64,000 nucleotides of DNA from an uncultured delta proteobacterium (GTDB lineage Bacteria > Myxococcota_A > UBA9160 > UBA4427), in contig CAWGJT010000015.1 in assembly GCA_963822965.1 (NCBI GenBank), positions 1-64,000 of the forward strand, given 5' to 3'. The translations under genes and the position numbers were made by a program. The notes under the pieces are model-generated. The model was not told where the DNA came from. It did not search any database and worked only from the letters and a program-made list of their open reading frames with translations. Position 1 is the first letter of the stretch. Every line of letters begins with the position of its first letter. This document shows, piece by piece, positions 1 to 8,985 of the stretch.

Positions 1-1203
1 CCTGCGACTCCAGTGTCGCACAGGCCAGGATGAGCCAGTCGTCGACGAACATCGACCGCTCAGTTCGATCCTCGTCATCAGCGCATTGTTGGTTGTCGAA
101 GAAGAGAACACAGCACGAGCCACCTTCCCGACGAGAACTCTTGAAAAGTATTCCGTCGAGCGGCTGGCCATCATCCTTGTAGACCATTCGAAAGAACTCA
201 GTCACGACCTGTGTAGGGACGTATTCGACGTGTTCCATGCCGCTTTTCGAGATCGGCTTCGCCAGGTCATCCACGAAGCCCTGCAAGAAGCTGCGAACAA
301 CATACTCATCCCCCTCGACTTCGAAGAAGCTAGGTAGCGACGGATCACCCGGAGATCGAGCACCCGCAGGGGCCTGGAAGGCTTGAACGCTCCAGAGGTG
401 ACGAGTTTCCGCTTCGATGCCCGCCCTGGATCAAGCACCTCCGCTATCGCCCGTTTCTCGTTCCAAGGCTCCATAGAACATGCAGATCCCGGCAGGACTC
501 ATTCTGTTCGAGAATCCGCGCTTCGGGGGGAGTCCCAAGCGAAGCGCCCGATGCAACATCTTCACCGGCCTTGTGCACACGTGCGCGGAACCAAGCTTCC
601 TCGGTCTCACGGAAGAGCTCTAGGTCAGAGATCATCCGAGAAAGGCTGTTCAGAAAGGTTGCTGGCTGGATTGTCTCATCGTCGATCGGGTCGACCTCGA
701 CTGGAGTCGAGAAGAAGTAGCGGGAACGATGCTTGATGTGAGTGACGAAATCCTTCCAGCTCATGGACAGAACCTCATCATCGGAGAGTCGGTACGGGCT
801 AACGTCGCAGACGATCGACGTGGAGTCCGAAATCGAGTCGACGACCGCCTGTTGGAAGTCGTCTGAAGAAGAAGCCACCGAGCAACCCCTCAACCGCGTC
901 ATAAATCTCAAGGGTCGGAACCAAGTAGCCCCCTTCTTGCGACGAGTAGCCAGCGACATGCACTGGGTCGGTGTAAACGGAGTAGAACGCCGTACACACC
1001 GCCTCGAGCACGCTGTCCGCAGGGGCGGCAATCGGCTCGCCTTCGGTCCGGCCGCAGAAGTCACACGTATCTGACTCCAGGTGCGACCTGACGATGTCCT
1101 GAAGGAACTCGTCGTGTACACATTCATCGCAGACAAACTCGTCATCGCAAGACGACTAACCGCGCTCCTGCTCCTCCATCCACTGTTCTTTCGCTCGTCC
1201 CAT
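1..1203 (-). pseudogene. HEPN-associated N-terminal domain / RES domain protein, disrupted (in-frame TAG plus frameshifts); runs off the left edge
   Basis: ATG at 1203 gives MGRAKEQWMEEQERG*SSCDDEFVCDECVHD..CDFCG (two CxxC). Pieces in different frames: YSSQEGGY, SWKDFVTHIKHRSRYFF, FRARVH, NRMSPAGI/MFYGA, AIAEV, LRVLDL, EYVPTQVVTEF, GILFKSSR. These are typical RES-family motifs. Lower GC than the rest of the window. Confidence 0.8.
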
Positions 1204-1503
1204 CCGCGAACTCCTCAAGTCAGGACAGCCATTCGACGGTCGCACCTCACTTCGCGATCAATCTGGGTGGCTGCAGGACGTGATTGTCCCTCGTGTTTTC
1301 GTTGAAGCAATCGGCAAGCGTTTCCGTATGGCACTCCGCTTTCGCGCCCTCTCAGGTTCGCCTCGTTCGAATGAGGCCGGCAAGTCGACCACGGGCGACC
1401 GGCATAGCTCGCTGCCCCTCTCTCAATGCCGCGCCTCTCGTTGCTCTCGGGAATCGCGTGCCCCAAGAGGCCGCCCAGACTCGACACACTTGCTAGCCTC
1501 TAG

Positions 1504-1529
1504 CCGTCGTTAAATAAACTTCTCGACGG
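1504..1529. other. Candidate tyrosine-recombinase core site / operator (10-bp imperfect inverted arms, 6-bp spacer)
   Basis: CCGTCGTTAA-ATAAAC-TTCTCGACGG lies 13 bp before the recombinase start; the arms match 8/10. Confidence 0.5.
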
Positions 1530-1542
1530 TACGAGGTGCTCC

Positions 1543-2531
1543 TTGAAGCCCGCCCCGACCGGATCCGAACTGGCCCCCGTCCCCTCTCCCAGTTCCGCCG
1601 CTCTGGCGCCCCTCACCCCCCGCGAAGCGGAACGGGTCGGCCACTACGTCTCCGGTGCGCTGTCGGCTTCGACCCGGCGAGCCTATGCGGCCGCGCTGCG
1701 CTCCTTCCGGGCCTGGTGCTCGGGAACCGGCCGCACGCCCTGCCCCGCCGATCCGGCTGCGGTGGCTGCGTTCCTTGTGGCCGAGGCGGACGCGGGCAAG
1801 AGCGTTTCGGCCCTGTCCCAGCGCCTCGCCGCAATCCGCTGGGAACACTTACGGAAGGGTTACGGAAGCCCTACGACGCACCCCGGGGTGCTAGACACGA
1901 TGGCCGGGATTCGGCGGGCCCTGGGCGCCCCAAGCCGCAAGTCGCCGGCGACCGTCGAGCGCGTGGCGGCCCTGGTAGCCCACATCGACCGAGGGACCCT
2001 CAAGGGCAAGCGCGACGCCGCCCTGCTGCTGTTCGGGTTCGCATCGGCCATGCGTCGCAGTGAGCTCGCGGCCCTTGACCTGGCCCACGTCGAAGAGACG
2101 ACCCGCGGCCTGCTGGTGACCGTGGCGCGCGGCAAGACCGATCAGGAAGGACACGGACACCAGCGGGCGATCCCGTTCGGTCGCAGCGCCGAGCTGTGTC
2201 CAGTGCGGGCCCTTCGGGTCTGGCTGGACGCCGCGGGGCTCGAGGACGGCCGCGTCTTCCGCAGCATCACCCGCCACGGCCGCATCGGTGCCAGCCTGCG
2301 GCCCGCGACGGTCGCCGACGTGGTGAAGCACTACGCCAAGGCTGCGGGACTCGAGCCGGCCGAATTCGGCGGCCACAGCCTACGGGCCGGGTTCGTGACC
2401 AGCGCCGCCGAACGGGGTGCGCGTACCGACCGCATCATGGACCACACCGGCCACCAGAGCGCGGCATGGTTCGCGTCTACACCCGGCGTGGCCGATGCGT
2501 TGCGGATCATGCCGGCGACGGGCTGCTCTAG
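1543..2531 (+). CDS. Tyrosine recombinase / site-specific integrase (Cre-like, SAM-like N-domain); frameshift near 2465
   Basis: [19 protein letters not shown] (Arg), KTDQEG, HSLRAG (H-x-x-R), TGH. The catalytic Tyr segment [13 protein letters not shown] lies in the shifted frame ending at TAG 2531. Confidence 0.9.
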
Positions 2532-2588
2532 CAGCAGTCCCATACCCTCCAAGAGCCGGGCGAAGTGCCTGGCAGGGCTTCGAATTCC

Positions 2589-2633
2589 TGGCGCGCCCGG
2601 CACGACTCGAACGTGCGACCCTCAGCTCCGCAA
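2589..2633 (-). other. 3' half of a tRNA-Arg gene (anticodon loop to CCA); att-like duplication
   Basis: Minus strand reads TTGCGGA GCTGA GGGTC GCACG TTCGAGT CGTGC CGGGCGC G CCA: anticodon loop (GCG), variable loop, perfect T-arm, acceptor 3' strand and CCA. No D-arm or 5' acceptor strand upstream. Confidence 0.8.
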
Positions 2634-2923
2634 GAGCCGAGGAAGACGAGGAAGAAGTAGGTTGCGGCTCAGCGGTCGGAGACGAGCGGACAGCCACGGC
2701 CCGGAGGGGGGAATCGGCGACGGCAGACGGCACCCCGGCGGCACCAACGCTCGCGGTCGGTCGCCGTCAGGCGCTCGCGGCCTCGGGCACCCAGCCTGAG
2801 GGTCCGAGCCCGCCCCGGCCTTCCGCCCCACAGCCCCCCTGTGTCTCGAAACCGGGCTCGCTCAGCGACTGTGGGATGCGGAAGCACACCCCTGGACGCG
2901 ACCTGGATGCTGGGCGTGGACCG

Positions 2924-3500
2924 TCACTTCGTGACAGCCCGGCCCACCCGCGCCCCGCTGCTCTCAGACCGCTGCACCGAGCTCATCGCACCGAGTCCGC
3001 ACAGGAGAAGCACCAGCAGTCCCAAGCCATAGCCTAGAAGCGTCGGGACCGGCGCCGGACCGGCTCCGGCACCACCGTGAGCTGGGTCGTGTAGGGCACC
3101 CCGGCGAGCCCCCCCGCGGCCTCGCACTCGGCCGCCTTGTCGCCGGACGTCCAGCTCACGACGTCGGCCGAACAGGGCATGGACGTGATCGTGTGCGCGC
3201 CGGGGTGGGTCAGGTCGCCCGTCCGCATTGTCGCATTCACAGGCCGCGATTCCCCGGGCACCGCCCAGCCGTAGCCGCCCATCATCGCGAAGGGCTCGTA
3301 GCTCTCCCCCTCGTAGGGGGAGGTCACGATCTCCCCGTCTGCCGGCGTGTAGTCGTGACCGACGGAGCCGTCGCCGGAGGCCGCGTTGGCTTCGATCAGG
3401 ACCCCGACGCCCAGGCAGGCAGGCTGCGCCACCTGAGCGAGGTCCAACGTGTACGACTCCCCGTCGGCCAGCGTCGCGATCTCCTGCTGGGCCGTACAGA
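2924..3500 (-). pseudogene. 5'-truncated surface protein with IPTL-CTERM-like sorting tail
   Basis: Protein-like frame AQQEIATLADGESYTLDL...TTQLTVVPEP begins at the IS end. After a frameshift it reads PVPTLLGYGLGLLVLLLCGLGAMSSVQR (VPTL, TM helix, basic tail). Confidence 0.6.
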
Positions 3501-4915
3501 GGTGATGTCCGAGAATTGCTGGAAATGAGGAGGGGATGCAACCTCGTTGGTTGAACCAAACCGACCAACAGCATCGCCGGTTGGCGCCGGCGATGGAGGA
3601 GGCATCCCGTGCGATCGAGAGTACCTGCGTCGAAGCAGACGAGCCAACGGATCGAGGAGCTGGTGAGCGCGCTGGAGGCGTACGAGGATGGGCCGTCGTT
3701 CCCGCAGCTGGGGATGCGGAAGCTGATCGAGGAGCTTCTGGAGGCGGAGGTCTCGGAGCGTCTCGGCCGCGGCTACTACGAGCGCGGCGAGGACGGTGCG
3801 GAGGGCCACCGCAACGGTTACCGGACGGGACGGCTGAAGACGGCCGAGGGCGAGGTCGAGTACAGCGTCCCGCAGGTGCGGGGCCTCGAGGAGCCGTTCC
3901 GCTCGAAGCTACGCCCTGCGCTCGGCAAGCGGACCGAGAAGCTCGAGGACCTGGCGGTCGAGATGTATGCCCGCGGACTGTCGACGCGGGACATCGAGGC
4001 GGCACTGTGCGACGAGAAGGGCCGCTCGTTGCTGTCGCGGACGGCGGTGAGCCAGGTGACCGAGCGGCTCTGGGAGGAGTACGAGGCCTTCTCGAGCCGG
4101 GACCTGTCGGAGTACGACGTCGCGTACCTGTTCGCGGACGGGATCGCGGAGCGGCTGCACGGCGGCCAGCGCCGCGAGGCCGTGCTGTGCGCTTGGGGGA
4201 TCACCGTCGAAGGCCAGAAGGTGCTGCTGCATCTGTCCCCGGGCGGCAAGGAGGACACCGAGAGCTGTCGCGCGTTCTTCCAGGATCTGAAGCGCCGCGG
4301 TCTGGGCGATCCGCTCCTGGTGGCGACGGACGGGGCCCCAGGACTCATCCGAGCGGTGGAGGAGTGCTTCCCCCGCTCGGCCCGAGGCCGATGCCTGGCC
4401 CACCGGATGCGCAACCTGCAATCGAAGGTGCCGGATGCGGACTGGCCGGAGTTCCGGGAGAAGGCCAAGGCGGCCTACCAGGCCCCTTCCCGGGAGGTGG
4501 CGCGGATGCTGCGGGACGTCGTGGTCGAGGAGTACGAGAAGCGGTTCCCGAGCGCCGTGAAGTGCTTCCTCGACGACTTCGAGGCGTGCATCGCGCACCT
4601 GCGCTTCCCGATCGCCCACCGACGGGTCATCCGCACGACGAACCTGCTCGAGCGCTTGTTCGGCGAGGAACGCCGGCGCATGAAGATCGTGGCGAACGCC
4701 TTCGGGGAACGCGCCGTGCTGAAGCTCATGTACGCGGCGCTGATCCGCGCTTCGGAGACCTGGCGCGGCATCGCAGTCAAGCCGTTCGAGACCAAGCAGC
4801 TACGAGCGATCGGCGAGGAGCTCGACGCCGAGTACCGGAGCCATCACGAGCTCAAAGCGAGCAAGCCAGCGAGCCCGTCCCCTTCTCGAAAATCCAGCAA
4901 GAATCGGACTTGACC
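3501..4915 (+). mobile_element. IS256-family insertion sequence (1415 bp)
   Basis: Terminal inverted repeats GGTGATGTCCGAGAATTGCTGGA (3501) and the reverse complement of the right end GGTCAAGTCCGATTCTTGCTGGA (ends 4915) match 18/23. Encloses a transposase; no target-site duplication. Confidence 0.9.
3609..4913 (+). CDS. IS256-family (Mutator-type DDE) transposase
   Basis: RNGYR, MYARGLSTRDI, YLFADG, ATDGAPG, RCLAHRMRN and IRTTNLLERLFGEERRR motifs; GGAGG RBS. Confidence 0.95.
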   Translation: MRSRVPASKQTSQRIEELVSALEAYEDGPSFPQLGMRKLIEELLEAEVSERLGRGYYERGEDGAEGHRNGYRTGRLKTAEGEVEYSVPQVRGLEEPFRSKLRPALGKRTEKLEDLAVEMYARGLSTRDIEAALCDEKGRSLLSRTAVSQVTERLWEEYEAFSSRDLSEYDVAYLFADGIAERLHGGQRREAVLCAWGITVEGQKVLLHLSPGGKEDTESCRAFFQDLKRRGLGDPLLVATDGAPGLIRAVEECFPRSARGRCLAHRMRNLQSKVPDADWPEFREKAKAAYQAPSREVARMLRDVVVEEYEKRFPSAVKCFLDDFEACIAHLRFPIAHRRVIRTTNLLERLFGEERRRMKIVANAFGERAVLKLMYAALIRASETWRGIAVKPFETKQLRAIGEELDAEYRSHHELKASKPASPSPSRKSSKNRT

Positions 4916-5219
4916 TGCTGCTGCTCTCGACCCCGGCGAGCGCGGGCGAGCTCATCGACGCGAAGTGGAAGATCGTCGGGGAGGCAGGCGACAACCTCGT
5001 CCACTTCAGCTGGACCGTGGAGCTGAACCTCGGCGAGATGGAGTTCTGCCTGCTCCCGACGCGGTTGAGCTCCTCGACAAGGATGGGTTCCTGATAGCGT
5101 GGGACGAGGTCACACTCGTGAAGGGTCCGGGCAAGAGCACATTGCGGGGACAGCTCACCCTCGACCGCGCGATGGCCGAGAAGGTGAGCCGCGCTGCCGT
5201 TCAGGGGCTGTGCTGGTGA
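4916..5219 (+). pseudogene. 5'-truncated small secreted protein (one frameshift)
   Basis: Directly after the IS: LLLSTPASA|GELIDAKWKIVGEAGDNLVHFSWTVEL... then VELLDKDGFLIAWDEVTL...QGLCW*. A signal-peptide remnant with no start codon. Confidence 0.5.
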
Positions 5220-5394
5220 TGGAAGGAGCCATGGACGAGCGAGAAGCAGCGAGCCTTCTCGACTTTGCCAATGCAAGCGTTCGTACCTCCGGCGAGTGCG
5301 CCTTCAGGAGAGTTTCAGCAGGCCCACCGCCTAGCCGGAGGTGCGGCTCGACCTCTGACTCGACACTCCCCAATCACGCGGTGACCCAACCATC

Positions 5395-5470
5395 GGGCCC
5401 TTAGCTCAGTCGGTAGAGCAGTGGACTTTTAATCCATCGGTCCCGGGTTCGAACCCCGGAGGGCCCACCA
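5395..5470 (+). tRNA. tRNA-Lys (TTT)
   Basis: 76 nt: GGGCCCTTAGCTCAGTCGGTAGAGCA GTGGA CTTTTAA TCCAT CGGTC CCGGG TTCGAAC CCCGG AGGGCCC A CCA. Complete cloverleaf with encoded CCA. Confidence 0.97.
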
Positions 5471-5636
5471 GCTTGGCTTCGTTACGATTTCCATCCACCC
5501 AGCTGCTTCTGATCGAGCGATTGGTCAATTCCAAAGTGGCATGACGAGCCACGGGGACTCTCCTTGTCGCCCGCCTTCTCTGGTCCAAGAAGCCAACAGA
5601 AATCAAGACGAGACCCGAGCAAGAGCCGCACACCCC

Positions 5637-6740
5637 CTACCCCACCACCGGCAACCCCGCCGCCCTCCACCCCAGCAACCCACCCCGCAGATTCGCCACC
5701 CGCTCCACCCCCGCCTTCTCCAGGATCCCCGCCGCATTCGCCGAACGCGCGCCCGCCGGGCACACACAGACCACCGGCCGATCCCGGGGCACCTCTTCCA
5801 CGCGCCCGCGCAGCTGGCTCAGCGGAATCACCACCGACCCCGCCACCCGGCCCATCGGGCTCGCGTCCACCTCTTCCTGCTCGCGCACGTCGAGCACGAA
5901 GAGCTCTCCCAGGTGCAGGTACACCCACTCCGGCTCGATCTGCCAGACGCCGGCGAACGTGCGGATCACGGGCCCCCACTCCGGCGCGTGCGGGACGGCG
6001 CCCTGCCCTTCCTGGCCTTCCTGCCCTTCCGCCCCGCCCAGCCCGTCCTCCGGCCGGCCGCAGCGCAGGTTCGCCGGCACCGCGATGTCGAGCTTCTTCG
6101 GGTGCGGCAGGCCCAGGTTGTCCATGTAGCCCTTGAAGTCCTCCTCGCGGACGCCTTCGCCCAGGCGCGGGTTGTAGGCCTTCTCTTCCGCGATGGTGGT
6201 GACGGTTCGGCCGCTGTAGTCGTGGGCGGGGTAGATGAGGCAGGTGTCGGGCAGGGTGTAGAGCTGCTCGTGGACCGATCGGTAGAGCCTGGCGGCGGAG
6301 CCCTGCTGGAAGTCGGTTCGGCCGGCGGCGCGGATCAGCAGGGCGTCGCCGGTGAAGGCCATGCTCTGGTCGGCGAGGACGTAGCTGAGGCAGCCGTTCG
6401 TGTGGCCCGGGGTGGCGCGGACGCCCAGGCGCTGGGGGCCGAACTCGACGACGTCGCCGTGGTGTAGCAGGCGGTCCGCGCACTCGGCGCCGGCGTCGGC
6501 GGAGAGGGCGATGCGGCTTCCCAGGGCCTGCTTCATGAGCCAGGCGCCGGTGACGTGGTCGGCGTGGACGTGGGTCTCGAGGGTGAACGCCAGCTCGAGG
6601 CCCAGCTCGCGGACGAGCGCGAGGTCGCGCAGGTGCTGCTCGAACACGGGGTCGATGAGGACGGCCTGGCGCGTGGCCTCGTCGCCCAGCAGGTAGCTGA
6701 ACGTGGACGTGTCGGAGTCGTAGAGCTGGCGGAGGATCAT
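5637..6740 (-). CDS. Persulfide dioxygenase (ETHE1-like MBL fold) fused to a rhodanese domain
   Basis: THVHADH, TPGHT, FTGDALLIR..GRTDFQQG, IYPAHDY, NPRL, AVPANLRCG; C-terminal LDVRE...VCPAGARS...NLRGGLLGW rhodanese. Confidence 0.9.
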   Translation of the reverse strand: MILRQLYDSDTSTFSYLLGDEATRQAVLIDPVFEQHLRDLALVRELGLELAFTLETHVHADHVTGAWLMKQALGSRIALSADAGAECADRLLHHGDVVEFGPQRLGVRATPGHTNGCLSYVLADQSMAFTGDALLIRAAGRTDFQQGSAARLYRSVHEQLYTLPDTCLIYPAHDYSGRTVTTIAEEKAYNPRLGEGVREEDFKGYMDNLGLPHPKKLDIAVPANLRCGRPEDGLGGAEGQEGQEGQGAVPHAPEWGPVIRTFAGVWQIEPEWVYLHLGELFVLDVREQEEVDASPMGRVAGSVVIPLSQLRGRVEEVPRDRPVVCVCPAGARSANAAGILEKAGVERVANLRGGLLGWRAAGLPVVG

Positions 6741-6892
6741 TCGGGGAACGCCTCACGCGCAGTGTGCGGGATGTGCGGTGCCTCGGCGACGGCTCGATCG
6801 GTCGGGGTGCGGCTGCCGGGACCACGGGCCGGGAGACGGATCGGGAATGGCAGCGGCTGGCAGCAGGGTTGGTGGGGGCTGGTGGGGGCTCG

Positions 6893-6921
6893 TTGACTTT
6901 CGCTTTTCGTTCGCCTAGGGT
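6893..6921 (+). promoter_or_regulatory. Sigma70 promoter with a TTCGC-N6-TTCGC direct-repeat operator in the spacer (SOS-box-like)
   Basis: TTGACT (6893-98), 17 bp, TAGGGT (6916-21); TTCGC at 6899 and 6910. Confidence 0.65.
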
Positions 6922-6935
6922 GGACGACGTCACTG

Positions 6936-7121
6936 CTGGGGCGTGCGAGCGAGTGGGTGAACCCCCTTTCTCCCCAGGGAGGCGAGGACTTGCGGGACCG
7001 ACAGCGATCGAGCCGACAGCGATCGGAACGAGAGCGAGCGGGTCGAGCCAGTGAGCGGGTCGACTCGCTTCGTGCCGGAAGCTCCCCTCCTCCCTCCCGC
7101 TCGCTCGCATCTCCGCCCCGG
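6936..7121 (+). ncRNA. Putative structured RNA or long leader (~186-nt rod)
   Basis: 6936-6957 pairs with 7096-7121 (22 bp, one 4-nt bulge). 6977-6998 pairs imperfectly with 7072-7094. Starts just after the predicted promoter. Confidence 0.45.
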
Positions 7122-7339
7122 ATCGCGTGAGTCGAGAGATGGCTCGAGCGATGGCTCGAGCGATGGCCCGAGAGAGTTCTTTCGAAGAACGGACCTGCCC
7201 CCCGAGCGGATCGTCCCCGAGCTCTACTCCGAGCTCGGTCCCCTTCACGCGGGCGACGACGAGGCCGGGAACGAGGACCAGCACGAGGCCCAGCACGAGG
7301 CCCATTACGAGGCCCATCACGAGGAGAGAAGCGCGAACG

Positions 7340-7516
7340 ATGACCATGGCACTCTGGAACGGCCCGGCGCGTGCGACGCGGCGGAAGCGGCCCCTGGCGG
7401 TGGCGACGTCGGTGGACTGGGAGGCGATCCGGCGGCGGCGGGAGGCGGACCTGCGAGACGCGACGGCGCTGTCCGCCGGCCCGGGTGCCGCTTCGTCCGG
7501 CACGCTCCCGAGGTGA
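7340..7516 (+). CDS. Hypothetical small protein (58 aa)
   Basis: GAGGAG upstream; MTMALWNGPARATRRKRPLAVATSVDWEAIRRRREADLRD...; stop overlaps the next GTG (GTGA). Confidence 0.4.
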   Translation: MTMALWNGPARATRRKRPLAVATSVDWEAIRRRREADLRDATALSAGPGAASSGTLPR

Positions 7517-7638
7517 TCCTCGAGCGTTCACCCTGCATGGTGGCTCGCTTTGCGGCGGTGGAGCGGCGTCTCGTCGACGTGTGGAGCCGGGACGTGTGGG
7601 CGTCGGGATCCCCGAGCCCGAAGCGGGGATTCGAGTGA
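7513..7638 (+). CDS. Hypothetical small protein (41 aa)
   Basis: GTG overlaps the previous stop; ends in a TGATG overlap with the next ORF. Confidence 0.35.
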   Translation: MILERSPCMVARFAAVERRLVDVWSRDVWASGSPSPKRGFE

Positions 7639-7880
7639 TGTTCGAGCGGGTGAGCGGCCCCAGGGCGGCGCCTCGCGGCCCGTGCGCACCGAACGGGCCG
7701 CGGCGGTTGGAGCCGAGGGGCTCGGGTGGGACCGGCGGGCCTTCCTTCGACGAGATCGCAGCCTTCGTCGCACACTCGCGCCAGCTGCAGGAATCGAGGC
7801 AGCGCGAGGCGCTCGCCCGGCACCGCGCCCTGCGTGCCGGCAGGCGATTCGGGCACTGGTGGCGCCTCGTCACGGGCTGA
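7638..7880 (+). CDS. Hypothetical small protein (80 aa)
   Basis: ATG coupled by TGATG; helical-looking C-half SFDEIAAFVAHSRQLQESRQREALARHRALR..HWWRLVTG. Confidence 0.45.
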   Translation: MFERVSGPRAAPRGPCAPNGPRRLEPRGSGGTGGPSFDEIAAFVAHSRQLQESRQREALARHRALRAGRRFGHWWRLVTG

Positions 7881-8130
7881 TGGGATCGGCGATGCGCGCA
7901 CCTACGTACCAGCGGGGAGAGCGAGGGAGTGGCAGCCCTGTGCGCACGGGCGGCAATCGAGAGAGCGGCAGCGGTGTGCGGGCCGGAGCGAAGCGAGCGG
8001 GCGCCAAATGTGTGCGCGCCTATGGGTCCCGGCAGGTGGCAAACGTGTGCGCGTCGCTGGGCCGCTCGGCAACGCCGACACCGATGGGCGACCGGGGTGC
8101 ACCGATCCCGCCTGGCGTCAGGGCCTGGCG

Positions 8131-8790
8131 TCACGGGCTGGTGGCGCGGTCGAGCTCGTCGAAGGCGGCGTCGCTGGCGGGGCGGGTGCCGGAACCCGGG
8201 GCGGCACCGGACTTCCGGGGCTCGTCGGCCCCATCCATCGCACCTGGCGCACCCGACGCGCCGGGCGCCTCCCGCTCTCCAGGCGCACCGCGGGGCTCGT
8301 CCGCCGGCTCGGCGGCCCGCGGCGATGCGGGCTGCGCGGTGGCCGCAGCTTGCGTGTGCTCCGTGATCTTGATCGCGACTCCCTGCACGGTGGTGCAGGT
8401 GAAGGCGAGTAAGTTGTAGTACGGGATGAAGCCGTAGAGGCTGGAGGTGACCGAGGCGTTCACGATGGCGTCGCCTCCCGACTCAGCGAGGGCATTCTCC
8501 ATGGCATTGCCGAGGGACGAGTTGCCCAAGGGGAGGATGGCGAGGATGAAGTAGCGGCAGGCGCGCCCCTTCACCGCGCCCAGGTCCTGGATGTCGTTCT
8601 GGTTGCGGATCAGGCCGGCGGGGTCGGCGATGGGTCGGGTGAGCAGCGCGTGAGTGCTGGTGCTGCTGCAGCCCAGGCCGGCGCCGGCCAGGCCGAGGCC
8701 GAGGCCGAGGAGGCCACCGAGGACGACCAGGCGGCTGCGGTCGAGCGGTGCGCTCGAGCGGCCCGGGCGGAGCGTTCGTGTTGCCGTCAT
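8131..8790 (-). CDS. Lipoprotein, TRL-like domain, low-complexity C-tail
   Basis: Hydrophobic signal plus LGC lipobox; VKGRACRYFILAILPLGNSSLGNAMENAL..GGDAIVN...CTTVQGVAI. Confidence 0.7.
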   Translation of the reverse strand: MTATRTLRPGRSSAPLDRSRLVVLGGLLGLGLGLAGAGLGCSSTSTHALLTRPIADPAGLIRNQNDIQDLGAVKGRACRYFILAILPLGNSSLGNAMENALAESGGDAIVNASVTSSLYGFIPYYNLLAFTCTTVQGVAIKITEHTQAAATAQPASPRAAEPADEPRGAPGEREAPGASGAPGAMDGADEPRKSGAAPGSGTRPASDAAFDELDRATSP

Positions 8791-8985
8791 CGCCGGCTTC
8801 GACCTCGCTGGCGCGCTGGTTTCGAACCGCCGGGGGCAGCCTACCACTCCTGGCCTGCTGGCAGGGGCCAAATCGAGCCCCAGCTCGGGCTGCGCGGGGT
8901 GTAGGATGGAGCGGTCGTTCCTGGACCCGCTCATCCGGCGCCGAGCTCCGCAGACCTCTGCGCCGGTGCCTGTACGAGGTGCCTC

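Noticed and set aside
1156..1158. In-frame TAG in the RES gene as recoding (pyrrolysine or readthrough)
   Set aside because: The gene also has frameshifts, TAG is a normal stop for many genes here, and no pyl genes are seen.
3034..3075. VPEP as a classical PEP-CTERM signal
   Set aside because: No hydrophobic helix follows in frame; the shifted frame fits an IPTL-type tail better.
5232..5404. Short ORF MDEREAASLLDFANASV... with GGAG RBS
   Set aside because: Runs into the tRNA and has no recognisable similarity; possibly a gene remnant but not supportable.
5395..5470. tRNA-Lys as the integration site of the left-hand island
   Set aside because: The accessory DNA lies on its 5' side and no duplicate of its 3' end was seen; the att-like fragment belongs to tRNA-Arg.
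7051..7512. His/Glu-rich reading (QHEAQHEAHYEAHHEE) as a metal-binding protein
   Set aside because: It derives from a 12-bp tandem repeat that gives patterned peptides in every frame, and no RBS supports the 7051 start.
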